Positions 1 through 10,648 of a DNA stretch of 64,000 nucleotides are shown one piece after another. The DNA comes from Candidatus Micrarchaeota archaeon (GTDB lineage Archaea > Micrarchaeota > Micrarchaeia > Norongarragalinales > Norongarragalinaceae): contig JACQQD010000005.1 of NCBI GenBank assembly GCA_016207165.1, positions 140,088-204,087 of the forward strand. Reading direction: 5' to 3'. Under the pieces are notes generated by a model. It was not told where the DNA came from and searched no databases. It worked only from the letters and a program-made list of their open reading frames with translations. Numbering within the stretch: position 1 is the stretch's first letter; every line of letters begins with the position of its first letter. Made by a program: the position numbers and the translations under genes.

Positions 1-210
1 AAAAAAAGTTTCCATTCATCGACGGTCTCATCTACGTTCTTGCCGTTCAATTGGATTAGCCTCTTTTGTCGGGTAGTGGGCTTCGGTTCTGATGGTTCAA
101 GGACAAGCCCCCTCCGAGGCGATACCTTTAAAAGGGTTTTGTGCTATAAGGAGTAATCCGGTCGGAACCTTCTTGGTTTAGTGGTCGCCTTGGCGAATTT
201 TAGCGGTGGG

Positions 211-453
211 ATGGGTACGGATACAATCAAAACGGTCAACAACTTTTTAGTGCCTAAAGCCCAGAAGGCATCCGTTGATGACGTCAAGAAACTCTGTGAC
301 CAATTCCGCATCACGGCCCAACAACTGCCCCGCGTCCTTTCTTCAGACCCCGGCGTGTCCGGTTTAAGCGTGCAGGAAGGCGACGTGGTGAAGTTCACGC
401 GCAAAAGCTGGGTCACCGGAAAACCCGAGGACTATTACCGTTTGGTGATCTAG
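211..453 (+). CDS. rpoH: DNA-directed RNA polymerase subunit H (Rpo5)
   Basis: LVPK...QLPRV..SDP....GDVVKFTRKS..TG....YYRLVI pattern; first gene of the archaeal rpo operon; ATG at 211 preferred over GTG at 181. Confidence 0.93.
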   Translation: MGTDTIKTVNNFLVPKAQKASVDDVKKLCDQFRITAQQLPRVLSSDPGVSGLSVQEGDVVKFTRKSWVTGKPEDYYRLVI

Positions 454-458
454 GGTAA

Positions 459-1925
459 ATGGTGTACCTCGAACTCACGGAAAGCTACCTGCGCCAGAAA
501 AGCCTGGTCCAGCAGAACTTGGACTCCTACAACCGCTTTCTTGAAGAAAAAATGCAGGAAATCGTGGAAGCCCAAGGGCAAATCGAGCCCCAAGTGGAAG
601 GCTACCTCATCAAACTCGGCAAGATTCGCGCCGAAAAACCCATGGTCACCGAAGCCGACGGTTCCCGTCGCCCCCTGCTTCCCATGGAGGCCCGCATGCG
701 CGACTTGTCCTACACGGCGCCCTTGTTTTTGGAAATGACGCAGGTCGTCAACGGCGTTGAAAAGCGTCCGGAAGACGTGTTCATCGGCGAATTGCCCGTC
801 ATGCTGAAAAGCAAGTTGTGCTACCTGCACGGCAAAAACCACTCGGAATTGGAGTTGGCCGGCGAGGACGCCAAGGACTCGGGCGGGTACTTCATCATCA
901 ACGGCACCGAAAAAAGTTTGATGACGCTGGAAGACTTGGCGCCCAACCGCATCATGGTCTCCCGCGAAAAAGACAAGGAAGTCGTGCAAGGCAAGATTTT
1001 TTCCACCCGCACGGGTTTCCGCGGACGCTGTACCGTGGACCGCTCCCGCGAAGGCAAGCTCACCGTGACGTTGCCTTCCTACAACAAGTCCCTGGAACTC
1101 ATCTTGGTGTTGTACGCCTTGGGCTTGGACTCCGAGGAGAAAGTCGTCTCCGCTTTCGGAAAAGAAAAGGAAGTCCACAACGATTTGCTTTTGAATTTCG
1201 AACTCAACCCCGTCAAAAACAAGAAAGACGCCCTGGAGACCATCGGCAAACGCGCGGCGCCCGGCCAACCCGTCGACTACCAGCTCAAACGCGCCGAATT
1301 GTTGTTGGACCGCTACTTGTTGCCGCACATCGGCGTGACGCAAAAAGACCGCCTCAGCAAGGCGTACTTCTTGTCCCGCATGTCGGAACGCGTGATTTTG
1401 GTTGCGCACAAGAAACGCGCGGTGGAAGACAAGGACCACTACGCCAACAAACGCCTCAAGATCGCCGGCAAACTCATGGAGGAACTCTTCCGCTACGCCT
1501 TCGGATTTCTCGTCAAGGACGTCGCCTACCAAATCGAGCGCGCCAACGTCCGAGGACGTCGGATGAGCATGTTCGCCTTGGTCCGTCCCGACGCGTTAAC
1601 CGACCGCATCAAGTACGCCATGGCCACCGGCAACTGGGTGGGAGGCCACACCGGCGTGTCCCAACCCATGGACCGCTACAACTTCATTTCCGCCGCTTCA
1701 TTCTTAAAGCGCGTCACGTCGCCTTTGGCCAAAAAACACCCGCACTACAAGGCCCGCGACCTGAACGGCACGCACTGGGGGCGCCTGGATCCCAACGAGA
1801 CGCCGGAAGGCCCCAACTGCGGCCTGGTCAAAAACCTCGCGCTGTACTGCGAAGTCACCACCGGAATTAAAGAACAAGCCGTTGAAGCCACGCTGAAGAA
1901 AATGGGGTTGACCATGCGCGTATGA
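459..1925 (+). CDS. rpoB2: RNA polymerase subunit B'' (Rpo2N)
   Basis: QNLDSYNRF, GGYFIINGTEK, DKDHYANKRL, ETPEGPNCGLVKNLA motifs. Confidence 0.97.
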   Translation: MVYLELTESYLRQKSLVQQNLDSYNRFLEEKMQEIVEAQGQIEPQVEGYLIKLGKIRAEKPMVTEADGSRRPLLPMEARMRDLSYTAPLFLEMTQVVNGVEKRPEDVFIGELPVMLKSKLCYLHGKNHSELELAGEDAKDSGGYFIINGTEKSLMTLEDLAPNRIMVSREKDKEVVQGKIFSTRTGFRGRCTVDRSREGKLTVTLPSYNKSLELILVLYALGLDSEEKVVSAFGKEKEVHNDLLLNFELNPVKNKKDALETIGKRAAPGQPVDYQLKRAELLLDRYLLPHIGVTQKDRLSKAYFLSRMSERVILVAHKKRAVEDKDHYANKRLKIAGKLMEELFRYAFGFLVKDVAYQIERANVRGRRMSMFALVRPDALTDRIKYAMATGNWVGGHTGVSQPMDRYNFISAASFLKRVTSPLAKKHPHYKARDLNGTHWGRLDPNETPEGPNCGLVKNLALYCEVTTGIKEQAVEATLKKMGLTMRV

Positions 1926-3730
1926 AGTGCAGCGTTTTTCTGAACGGGCGTTTTGCCGGCTTTCACGACAACGGCGACAAGCTGGCCGAGGAACTCCGCA
2001 AAAAGCGCCGCGCCGGCGAAGTCAGCGCCCAAATGAATGTCGCGTACTACAAGCGGACGGACGAAGTCTTCATCAACACGGATTCCGGCCGCGCCCGCCG
2101 GCCGCTTTTGGTCGCCAAATCCGGTTCCCCCCTGTTGACCAACGAACACCTCGAGAAACTGGAGAAAAAGGAACTTACCTGGAACGACTTGGTAAACGAA
2201 GGCATCATTGAATACTTGGACGCCGAGGAAGAGGAAAACGCCTACGTGGCCTTGTACAAAGAGGACCTCAAGCCCGAGCACACGCACCTGGAAATCGACC
2301 CGTCCATGATCCTGGGCTACGCTTCCAGCCAAGTTCCGTTTCCCGAATACAACATGGCGCCCCGTGTGTTGATGGCCGCCCAGCACACCAAGCAATCCCT
2401 GGGCCTGTATGCTTCCAACTTCAACCTGCGCACCGACACCCTGGCCCACGTGTTGCACTACCCCCAACAACCCCTGGTGCAGACGCGCGTGTACAAGGCG
2501 TTGGAAAACCAGAAACGCTCTTCCGGCCAGAACTTCGTCGTCGCCGTTTTGTCCTACGAAGGCTTCAACATGAACGACGCCGTGGTCCTCAACAAGAACG
2601 CGGTGGAGCGCTCCATGGGCCGCAGCACCTTCTTTAGAACCTACAACGCCGAAGAACGCCGATACCCGGGCGGACAGCGCGACAAGATGGGCCGCCCCGA
2701 GGAATTCGTGCAAGGATATCTGGGTGAAGAAGCCTACATGCACTTGGATGCCGACGGCATCGTTCCTCCGGAAACCCCGGTGGAAGGCAACGCCGTCCTG
2801 GTGGGAAAAACCTCGCCCCCCCGCTTCTTGAAGGAAATCTCGGCGTTGGACGTGGAAACCGAAAAACGCCGCGAGTCCTCCATCACCGTCCGCTCCAACG
2901 AGAAAGGCATCGTCGACTCCGTCATGTTGTCGGAATCCACGGCCGGCAACAAGTTCATCAAGATTCGGTTGCGCCGCACCATGATTCCCGAAATCGGCGA
3001 CAAGTTTGCCAGCCGTTTCGGCCAGAAAGGCGTCGTGTCCCTCATGGTGCCCCAGGAGGACATGCCGTACACCCGCGACGGCGTGGTTCCCGACTTGATC
3101 ATCAACCCCCACGCCATCCCCGGCCGCATGACGGCAGGGCATTTGTTGGAAATGCTGGCAGGCAAGTCCTCGGCGTTGGATGGACAAACCAAGGACGGCA
3201 CCGCTTTCTCTGGAAACACGCAGGAAGACTTCGAAAACGCGCTTCGCAACGCCGGCTTTCACTACTCCGGCCGCGAAGTGTTGTACGACGGCAAAAGCGG
3301 CAAGCGCATCTACGCCAAAATCTTCATGGGCGTCATCTACTACCAGCGCCTGCACCACTTGGTCTCCCTCAAAATGCACGCCCGTTCCCGCGGCCCCGTG
3401 CAAATGCTCACGCACCAGCCCACCGAAGGCCGCGCCCGCGAAGGAGGGCTGCGCCTTGGAGAAATGGAGCGCGACTGCTTCATCGGATTCGGCGCCGCAT
3501 CGCTTCTGAAAGAACGCATGATTGACTCGTCCGACAAAACCGTCCAATTGGTCTGCACCAAATGCGGTTGTCTGGCGGTGTACGACAAAATCAAGAACAA
3601 GCGGTATTGCCCGCTCTGCGAGTCGTCGGAGACCACGGAAGTCGAAATGAGTTACGCGTTCAAGCTGCTGCTGGATGAAATGAAGGCCATCGGGATTTTC
3701 CCGCAAATGAAACTCAAGGAGAGGGCATGA
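1922..3730 (+). CDS. rpoB1: RNA polymerase subunit B' (Rpo2C)
   Basis: GDKFASRFGQKG, PDLIINPHAIPGRMT, YYQRLHHLV, GGLRLGEMERDC, C-terminal Zn ribbon. Confidence 0.97.
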   Translation: MKCSVFLNGRFAGFHDNGDKLAEELRKKRRAGEVSAQMNVAYYKRTDEVFINTDSGRARRPLLVAKSGSPLLTNEHLEKLEKKELTWNDLVNEGIIEYLDAEEEENAYVALYKEDLKPEHTHLEIDPSMILGYASSQVPFPEYNMAPRVLMAAQHTKQSLGLYASNFNLRTDTLAHVLHYPQQPLVQTRVYKALENQKRSSGQNFVVAVLSYEGFNMNDAVVLNKNAVERSMGRSTFFRTYNAEERRYPGGQRDKMGRPEEFVQGYLGEEAYMHLDADGIVPPETPVEGNAVLVGKTSPPRFLKEISALDVETEKRRESSITVRSNEKGIVDSVMLSESTAGNKFIKIRLRRTMIPEIGDKFASRFGQKGVVSLMVPQEDMPYTRDGVVPDLIINPHAIPGRMTAGHLLEMLAGKSSALDGQTKDGTAFSGNTQEDFENALRNAGFHYSGREVLYDGKSGKRIYAKIFMGVIYYQRLHHLVSLKMHARSRGPVQMLTHQPTEGRAREGGLRLGEMERDCFIGFGAASLLKERMIDSSDKTVQLVCTKCGCLAVYDKIKNKRYCPLCESSETTEVEMSYAFKLLLDEMKAIGIFPQMKLKERA

Positions 3731-6700
3731 AAATGAAAGTAATCGGCGGACTGCATTTCACGTTGTTTTCTCCAGAACAGATTCGGTCCCTGAGCTCCAT
3801 CAAGATCACCGTTCCGGACACGTACGACGAGGACGGCTACCCCATTTCCGGCGGCTTGGCCGACCAGCGCCTCGGCGTCATCGACCCGGGCTTGAAGTGC
3901 AAGACCTGCGGAGGCCGGATGCGCGACTGCACCGGCCATTTCGGGCACATCGAATTGGTTCGACCCGTGGCCCACGCGGGATTTGCCAAAGCCGTCTACC
4001 AGTTTTTAAAAGCGTGCTGCCGCAAATGCGGGCGCCTCATGCATCCGGCCAATTCCTTGTCCAAAGTCAAGAAAGCCTCGGAATGCCCCCACTGCGGCGA
4101 AAAACAGCGCCCCATCAAGTTCGTCAAGCCCACGGCCTTTTTCGAGGAAGACCGAAAACTGTTGCCCAACGAAGTCCGCGAACGGCTCGAACGCATCCAA
4201 GACGAGGACCTCGCCGTTTTAGGCGTCAAGGTCCGGCCCGAATGGATGGTTTTAACTGTTTTGATCGTGCCGCCCGTGACGGTCCGGCCCTCCATCACCC
4301 TGGAGACCGGCGAACGCTCGGAAGACGACTTGACGCACAAACTCGTCGACATCATCCGCATCAACCAACGCCTGGAAGAAAACGTGGAAGCCGGCGCACC
4401 GCAACTGATCATCGAGGACCTCTGGGAACTTCTGCAATACCACGTGTCCACCTACTTTGACAATGAAATCGCCGGCATTCCCCCTGCCCGCCACCGGTCC
4501 GGCCGGCAACTCAAGACGTTGTTCCAGCGCTTGAAAGGAAAAGAAGGCCGCTTCCGCTACAACTTGTCCGGCAAACGCGTCAACTTCTCCGCCCGCACCG
4601 TCGTCTCGCCGGACCCGACGCTGGGCATCAACGAACTGGGAGTGCCTGAGGAAATCGCCCGCGAACTGACGCTGCCGGTCTCCGTCACGGAATGGAACGC
4701 CGAAAACCTCCGCCAACTCATCCGCGTTCATCCCGAAAAAATCAATTACGTCATCCGCCCCGACGGAAAACGCAAAAAAATCACGGTCGCCAACCTCAAC
4801 GAAGTCCTCGAAGAGTTGTCCGCCGGCTACGTCGTCGAACGCCAGCTCATGGACGGCGACTTGGTCATCTTCAACCGCCAACCCTCGCTTCACCGCGTGT
4901 CCATGATGTGCCACTCCGTCAAAGTCCTGCCTGGCAAGACCTTCCGGTTCAACGTCGCGGACTGCCGCCCCTACAACGCCGACTTTGACGGCGACGAAAT
5001 GAACGTGCACGTGCCCCAAAACGAGGAGGCGCAAAGCGAAGCCGAACTCTTGATGAAAGTCGAAGACCAACTGCTCTCCCCGCGCAACGGCGACCCCATC
5101 ATTTCTCCGGATCTTGACCAAGTCACCGGCTTGTACATCCTGACGCAACCCGAATTGGTTTTCGACCGCGCCGACGCGTCCTGGCTCATCAGCGTGGCGG
5201 GCGTCGACGGCGAGTTCTCCAAGTCCAAAGTCTCCGGCCAGGAAATCTTGTCCAAACTCTTGCCGGAAAACCTGTCCGCGTTCTTCCACGCCAAACGCTG
5301 CAAGTTCAGAAAAGTGGAAGGCGAATGCGAGAACCCCAGTTGCGTAAAGATCACCAACGGCAAAATCGCTCGAGGAGTCGTCGACGCCAAGATCAGCGAC
5401 GACTTGGTGTCCTTGATCGCCCGCGAACACGGCGGCGAGGCCGGCCGCAAATACATCGACGCCGTCTCCAAACTCACCGTGCATTTGGCCACCCGCTACG
5501 GCCTGTCGCTTTCCTTGGACGATTACTACTTGCCCGCTGAAGCCAAGACGCAAGTCATCGACTTGTACAAAGAGGCCCGAAAACAAGTGCGCGTTTTGCT
5601 CCAGCAATACCGCTCCAACCGCCTCAAGCGCTTGCCGGGCAAGACGCTCAAGGAAACCCTGGAAGAACAAGTCATGGAACTCGTGGAAAAAGTCCGCCAC
5701 GACTGCTGGAAAATCGTCCGCAAACACATCAAGTCCTCGACCGTCCAAGCGCCCCTATCCCAATTCCAGCACAACCCCGCCATTTTGATGGCGCAAGCCG
5801 GGGTCAAGAACAAGCCCATCAACGTCGTACAGATGTCGGCTCTGGTCGGCCAGCAAGCCGTTCGCGGGAAGCGCATGACCTCCGGATTCCGACGCCGCAT
5901 CCTGCCGCACTTCCGCCGCGGGGACCTCAATGATGACGCCCGAGGCTTTGTGCGGTCCAGCTACAAGCAAGGACTTTCCCCCACCGAATACTTCTTCCAC
6001 GCCGCCGGCGGCCGGGACTCGGTGGTCGACAAAGGCGTCAACCCCGCCAAGACGGGGTACATGCAGCGCCGGCTGATCAACGCCCTTCAAGACCTCATCG
6101 TCCAGAAAGACCTGTCCGTCCGCGACTCCTCGCACCGCGTCGTCCAATTCACGTACGGCGACGACGCCTTGGACCCCATGGACCGCAAAACCATTTCCTA
6201 CGGCGAACCCGTTGGCGTGGTCGCCGCGCAAAGCATTGGCGAGCCCGGCACCCAAATGACGTTGCGCACCTTCCACTACGCCGGCGTGGCCTCCTTGGCG
6301 CAACTGGGCTTTACCCGCATGGTCGAATTGGTCGACGCCCGAAAGACGCCCAAGAAACCCGTCATGGAAATCTACTTGAAATCTCCGTACAACAAGGACT
6401 GGGAGAAAGCCAAAGACGTGGCCGCCTCCATCGAGGAAGTCACCTTGGACAAAGTCGCCTCCATCGAAGAGAACTTCACCCGCAAAGCCGTCACCATCAC
6501 CTTGAACCGCTCGCTGTTGAGGGAAAAGAACATCCGGGAACCGGACGTGTTAAGCAAAGTCAAGGAAATCGCGGGCGAGTACGAGCCGGACAAAGACGGC
6601 AACGAAATCTACATCAAACCGAAGAACGACTCGCTGAAAAACATCCGCAAAATGACCACCAAGCTCCGCGACGTCCACCTGAAAGGCATTCCAGGCATCA

Positions 6701-7191
6701 AGCGCGTCATCATCGTCGAGAAAGAGGAAGGCGACAAGAAGATCTTGACGTTGGCCACGGAAGGCTCCAACCTCGAAAAAGTCTTTGAAGTGGAAGAAGT
6801 CGACACCGAGCACACCACCACCAACGACATCCAGGAAATCGCGAAAACCCTGGGCATTGAAGCCGGACGCAACGCCATCATCTTTGAAGTCAACAAAGTC
6901 TTGGAAGCCCAAGGCCTCGCCGTGGATGCCCGCCACATCATGCTGATTGCCGACGCCATGACGGCCGAAGGCGCCATTCAAAGTGTGGGCCGCCATGGCC
7001 TCGCCGGACACAAATCCTCGGTCCTGGCGCGCGCCGCTTTCGAGGAAACCGGCAAGCACCTCGTCAACGCCTGTTTGTACGGCGAAGACGACGACTTGCA
7101 CGGCATCATCGAAAACATCATCGCTGGCCAAATCATCCCCTGCGGCACCGGCAAAGTCCGACTCGTCATGGAAAGCGAGTACCTCAAGTAA
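3727..7191 (+). CDS. rpoA: RNA polymerase subunit A'-A'' fusion (Rpo1)
   Basis: Catalytic NADFDGD, TGYMQRRL, then in the same frame the A'' motifs GVVAAQSIGEPGTQMTLRTFH and LARAAFEE. Confidence 0.96.
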   Translation: MKMKVIGGLHFTLFSPEQIRSLSSIKITVPDTYDEDGYPISGGLADQRLGVIDPGLKCKTCGGRMRDCTGHFGHIELVRPVAHAGFAKAVYQFLKACCRKCGRLMHPANSLSKVKKASECPHCGEKQRPIKFVKPTAFFEEDRKLLPNEVRERLERIQDEDLAVLGVKVRPEWMVLTVLIVPPVTVRPSITLETGERSEDDLTHKLVDIIRINQRLEENVEAGAPQLIIEDLWELLQYHVSTYFDNEIAGIPPARHRSGRQLKTLFQRLKGKEGRFRYNLSGKRVNFSARTVVSPDPTLGINELGVPEEIARELTLPVSVTEWNAENLRQLIRVHPEKINYVIRPDGKRKKITVANLNEVLEELSAGYVVERQLMDGDLVIFNRQPSLHRVSMMCHSVKVLPGKTFRFNVADCRPYNADFDGDEMNVHVPQNEEAQSEAELLMKVEDQLLSPRNGDPIISPDLDQVTGLYILTQPELVFDRADASWLISVAGVDGEFSKSKVSGQEILSKLLPENLSAFFHAKRCKFRKVEGECENPSCVKITNGKIARGVVDAKISDDLVSLIAREHGGEAGRKYIDAVSKLTVHLATRYGLSLSLDDYYLPAEAKTQVIDLYKEARKQVRVLLQQYRSNRLKRLPGKTLKETLEEQVMELVEKVRHDCWKIVRKHIKSSTVQAPLSQFQHNPAILMAQAGVKNKPINVVQMSALVGQQAVRGKRMTSGFRRRILPHFRRGDLNDDARGFVRSSYKQGLSPTEYFFHAAGGRDSVVDKGVNPAKTGYMQRRLINALQDLIVQKDLSVRDSSHRVVQFTYGDDALDPMDRKTISYGEPVGVVAAQSIGEPGTQMTLRTFHYAGVASLAQLGFTRMVELVDARKTPKKPVMEIYLKSPYNKDWEKAKDVAASIEEVTLDKVASIEENFTRKAVTITLNRSLLREKNIREPDVLSKVKEIAGEYEPDKDGNEIYIKPKNDSLKNIRKMTTKLRDVHLKGIPGIKRVIIVEKEEGDKKILTLATEGSNLEKVFEVEEVDTEHTTTNDIQEIAKTLGIEAGRNAIIFEVNKVLEAQGLAVDARHIMLIADAMTAEGAIQSVGRHGLAGHKSSVLARAAFEETGKHLVNACLYGEDDDLHGIIENIIAGQIIPCGTGKVRLVMESEYLK

Positions 7192-7223
7192 ACCCCCCGC
7201 CTTTCCAACTTTTTTTTGTACGC

Positions 7224-8264
7224 TTACTTGGAAATTGTTCCCAGCAATTTGACGACTTGCGGCTCGTACCAACCCGTTTCCGTGTTGTATCGCAAGTACA
7301 CGATGTTCTCCGACAACTCCGGGTCTATCAGATCCCCCAATGAACGGTGGTAGGATTCCAACGTCTGCCGGCGAAGCGTGGGTTCCTGCAAGTGCTCGAC
7401 CAATCCGGCGTGGTAGGGAGCGAAGTAAATGCTGCCGTTCACGCGTCGCCCGGCCTCCGCGAACTGCTTCATGAGCGCCCGCGTCTTCTCCGCCACCACG
7501 GCATTGCGCAAATCAATGGCGGCCCCCACCGACGAAAAATCGGAAAGCAGGCGGCGCTCCACCTCTCTTACCCCCGAAATCTCGCCGTCTACCGTCAAAT
7601 GATCCGCCATGGCACTACGCACAACGCCCTCGTGCTTGAAAAACGACCCAAGAGTCGTACCCGCGGCCAACAATGTACTGGACGCCAACAGCGTTTTCAG
7701 GAAACGCCTCCGCCCCGGCGAAAAACCCTTGCCTGAACCGACGTCTTTCCTTGAAATCTTCAGCCACGGCAAAACCGACAAAAAGGCGCTGGACGCCTGC
7801 ACCCAAACCCCCCGCTTCCGTCCCCGCGCTTCACGCTGGTCTTGCTCCAACTTCATGGCGGGCCGCTTCACCACGTCAACGAACACCAAATCCGGCGTGT
7901 GAACGGCCACCTCTTTTTGGAACCGCGTCAAATGCCCCCGTCGATCCTCTCGATGTTCCCAAAGCATGTGGTTGATGTTTACCGCCAACATCGGCCCAAA
8001 GCGTTCCCGGAAAAACTTTTCCCTCACTTCGGCAGCGGCACTTCGGATTTCGGCAGGCAACGCCAAACTTAACTCCAGCAACACCACGTTTTGGCCTTCC
8101 AGTGACGCATGCGGATTCGGAAAACCAATCACGCTCCCGCTGGGAAACCCGTTTACATCCAGCGGCCGCGTATCCTTGAACCGCTCGGCTTCCTCCAGAC
8201 TATGGTGGCGCACCAACGCCACCCGCATGACGCCTTCCGGAAACCCAAGCGTTTTGATCCCCAT
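7224..8264 (-). CDS. hypothetical protein with internal twin-arginine-like motif and hydrophobic segment
   Basis: 346-aa ORF filling the gap; SPGRRRFLKTLLASSTLLAAG near mid-protein. Confidence 0.7.
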   Translation of the reverse strand: MGIKTLGFPEGVMRVALVRHHSLEEAERFKDTRPLDVNGFPSGSVIGFPNPHASLEGQNVVLLELSLALPAEIRSAAAEVREKFFRERFGPMLAVNINHMLWEHREDRRGHLTRFQKEVAVHTPDLVFVDVVKRPAMKLEQDQREARGRKRGVWVQASSAFLSVLPWLKISRKDVGSGKGFSPGRRRFLKTLLASSTLLAAGTTLGSFFKHEGVVRSAMADHLTVDGEISGVREVERRLLSDFSSVGAAIDLRNAVVAEKTRALMKQFAEAGRRVNGSIYFAPYHAGLVEHLQEPTLRRQTLESYHRSLGDLIDPELSENIVYLRYNTETGWYEPQVVKLLGTISK

Positions 8265-8408
8265 TTACGTAACCCTCTTTTCAAAGCCCAGCGACTCGGC
8301 TTTGCCCCCGATTCATGTCCAACGCCCGACGTTTGTGTGAGTATTTAACCCATTAAATCCATTGCTTTAATCGGTCCAATCCATGATTCCAATGCGAGAT
8401 GCGGTTTT

Positions 8409-10646
8409 GTGAACATCAAACTCCTATTCATCTTATTCGTCCCGCTTTTGTTGATGGGCTGCACCACCATCCAACCGCCTCCAACCCCAAGTCCCGTTGT
8501 GTCGATTCCCCCTATCGTTTCCCCCAGTCCAAGCCCGGCTCCCACGTGCCCGCCCATCGCCATGCCGGACTGCATCAACGGTTTCCTGACGTACCCCAAC
8601 GGCGAAACCGACCAAAACAATTGCCCCGTCTCTCCGGTCTGCGCGGCCTGCCCCGTCATCGCCGTTCCCGACTGCATCAACGCGGAACTGACGTACCCCA
8701 ACGGCGAGCGCGACGTGAACGGCTGCCAACTTGCTCCCGTCTGCACGTCCTACCCGACTCCAACCACCGACCGCCTGGATTTTTCCACAGGCAAGCAAGC
8801 GTTCAACATCCAGCAAGACGACGCCGTCCAACCTGACGTATCCTTGTCTTTCGTCCGCATCCAATCTTCTCTGACGCGCCCGGACCAAAAGCCGTTCGTC
8901 GTGGACGAAGCCAACGACCTCCGCGTGGACACGCTGTACTACGTCACGGACTCCCGAAAAACGGGAGGCATCGCGCAAGGAACCATTCTCTATCAGGACC
9001 CAGGAAGTTCGTTTTACAACGTGTTCGTCCATCCCGACGCCCAAGTACAATCCAGTCGCCGCGTCACGAAAAACCACGTCCGCTACCGTTTTGCCGACGC
9101 ACCCCAAGACGTGCTCTGGGACTTCAACGCCAACGCCATCGAATCCAACCAACCCGCCGACTTACAGGACTTCGTCATCGTTCTTCCCGATGCGACGTTT
9201 GCCGCTTCGCCGGACGGATTCTTTGAAATCGACGTGGGCAACGGTGACTCCGACCAGCCACGCTTCAACGCCGCTTCGGGCCCAGGCGGCATTGCATACC
9301 GCGGCGTCTTGCGCCAGCCTGGATTCGTCTCGCCCCGCGATAGCCAAATCGCCTTGTACGACTTGTATCACGTTCAAATCGACTACGCGGTGGATGAACG
9401 TCTTCAAGGCGTTTTCCTGAAAGAAGGCCAGCAACTCGCCGTCCTCCAATCCAACATCCAACCCGTCCACGCGGTACTGACGGAACTGGAAGCCGACGGC
9501 ACCGCGCATTTTGACCTGCGTGAAGGCCCGGTTCAAGGCTCAACTCTGTTTGCTCAAACCACGATTGAGCCGGATAACAAGTACATCGACGTAACCAAGA
9601 ACGTACAATTAGACTACCTCCGCTTTGAACCCGATTTTGAAGGCGGGCCCTACGCCAAAGCCTCGTTCAACGTGCACGACACCAACGTGGTTCCCTCCCC
9701 CACGCCGTCGCCCACTCCTTCGCCTTTCCCCGCGTCCGTGACGAAAGCCAAGTTCTTCGTTTTCGACCGCGCGCAAACCTGCTTGGTCGGCGACGCATGC
9801 ACCAGCGGCAACTGCTGCACGTTCGGCAGCCTCCGCGTCGAAAACAACGCCAACCTGCGCCTGGCCACGCCCACGCAAGCCGCGTCGCTTTCCACCGCCG
9901 TCAAACAATGCGGGTCGTCAGAAATTGACGCCGCGGAATTTTCGCGAATCCAAAACCAGGTCCAGAATTTCTCGAACTTCGTCCGCACGCAAACCCACGG
10001 CGCGCTCAACGTGGAAACGGAGATCATTCACCTTGACTCGGAGCTTGAATTGACGAAAGTCATGGAGTGCCGCTACTATCCAGGCCCCTGGAACGTGCGC
10101 AACCTTCTTTCGCCGCACGTGAAACCCGACACGGACTTTGAATTCGTCATTTACGACGAAGACTATTCATTCGGCCAAGTCCAAGCCGGGTCCGCCTGGA
10201 CGTTGGCCCTGGATTCTCTGGGCCCGGACTCCATCGGCGGCGCCGGTTATTCCTCCATCACCAAGAACATGGATTTCGGCTCCGAACCGCTGGTCAACTT
10301 CATCACCAACGAGTGGGGCTGGCAGTTCATGGCCGCCCTGAAAACCAAAGTCACGGACCCGAAAACCACGCGCATTTACGCGGCCGAAGACCGGTTGCCG
10401 GCCTGCGGCCAACCCGAAGCCGATTACCTGCCCACCATAGAATCCTGCGGGTTTGACCCCGATTATCCGGCGTGCAGTCAATCCGTTTGCCCGGACACGC
10501 AAGCCTACCGCGGCCACGTACTATCGGAACACTACAACCCGGCGTGGAAGTTCATTGGCAACCACTGCCGCGACGGCAAAAAGGATTTCGGCGAACAAGG
10601 AATCGACTGCGGCGGCCAATGCCCGGCATGCATTATCGTTGACTGA
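8409..10646 (+). CDS. large secreted/lipid-anchored Cys-rich surface protein
   Basis: Signal peptide with lipobox LLMGC, Pro/Ser/Thr linkers, tandem Cys repeats, C-terminal CxDGxxDxGExGIDCGGxCxxC motif. Confidence 0.8.
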   Translation: MNIKLLFILFVPLLLMGCTTIQPPPTPSPVVSIPPIVSPSPSPAPTCPPIAMPDCINGFLTYPNGETDQNNCPVSPVCAACPVIAVPDCINAELTYPNGERDVNGCQLAPVCTSYPTPTTDRLDFSTGKQAFNIQQDDAVQPDVSLSFVRIQSSLTRPDQKPFVVDEANDLRVDTLYYVTDSRKTGGIAQGTILYQDPGSSFYNVFVHPDAQVQSSRRVTKNHVRYRFADAPQDVLWDFNANAIESNQPADLQDFVIVLPDATFAASPDGFFEIDVGNGDSDQPRFNAASGPGGIAYRGVLRQPGFVSPRDSQIALYDLYHVQIDYAVDERLQGVFLKEGQQLAVLQSNIQPVHAVLTELEADGTAHFDLREGPVQGSTLFAQTTIEPDNKYIDVTKNVQLDYLRFEPDFEGGPYAKASFNVHDTNVVPSPTPSPTPSPFPASVTKAKFFVFDRAQTCLVGDACTSGNCCTFGSLRVENNANLRLATPTQAASLSTAVKQCGSSEIDAAEFSRIQNQVQNFSNFVRTQTHGALNVETEIIHLDSELELTKVMECRYYPGPWNVRNLLSPHVKPDTDFEFVIYDEDYSFGQVQAGSAWTLALDSLGPDSIGGAGYSSITKNMDFGSEPLVNFITNEWGWQFMAALKTKVTDPKTTRIYAAEDRLPACGQPEADYLPTIESCGFDPDYPACSQSVCPDTQAYRGHVLSEHYNPAWKFIGNHCRDGKKDFGEQGIDCGGQCPACIIVD
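8547..8750 (+). repeat. intragenic tandem repeat, 2 x 102 bp (34-aa Cys-rich unit)
   Basis: CP.IA.PDCIN..LTYPNGE.D.N.C...PVC units start at 8547 and 8649. Confidence 0.85.
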
Positions 10647-10648
10647 TT

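Noticed and set aside
1-75. KKFPFIDGLIYVLAVQLD*PLLSG resembles a PIN/VapC C-terminus
   Set aside because: Too short and cut by the window edge
1745-3706. Long antisense ORFs (also 4252-5748, 17240-18979, 21240-22238 and many others)
   Set aside because: Shadows of well-identified genes caused by GC-rich codon bias; no motifs
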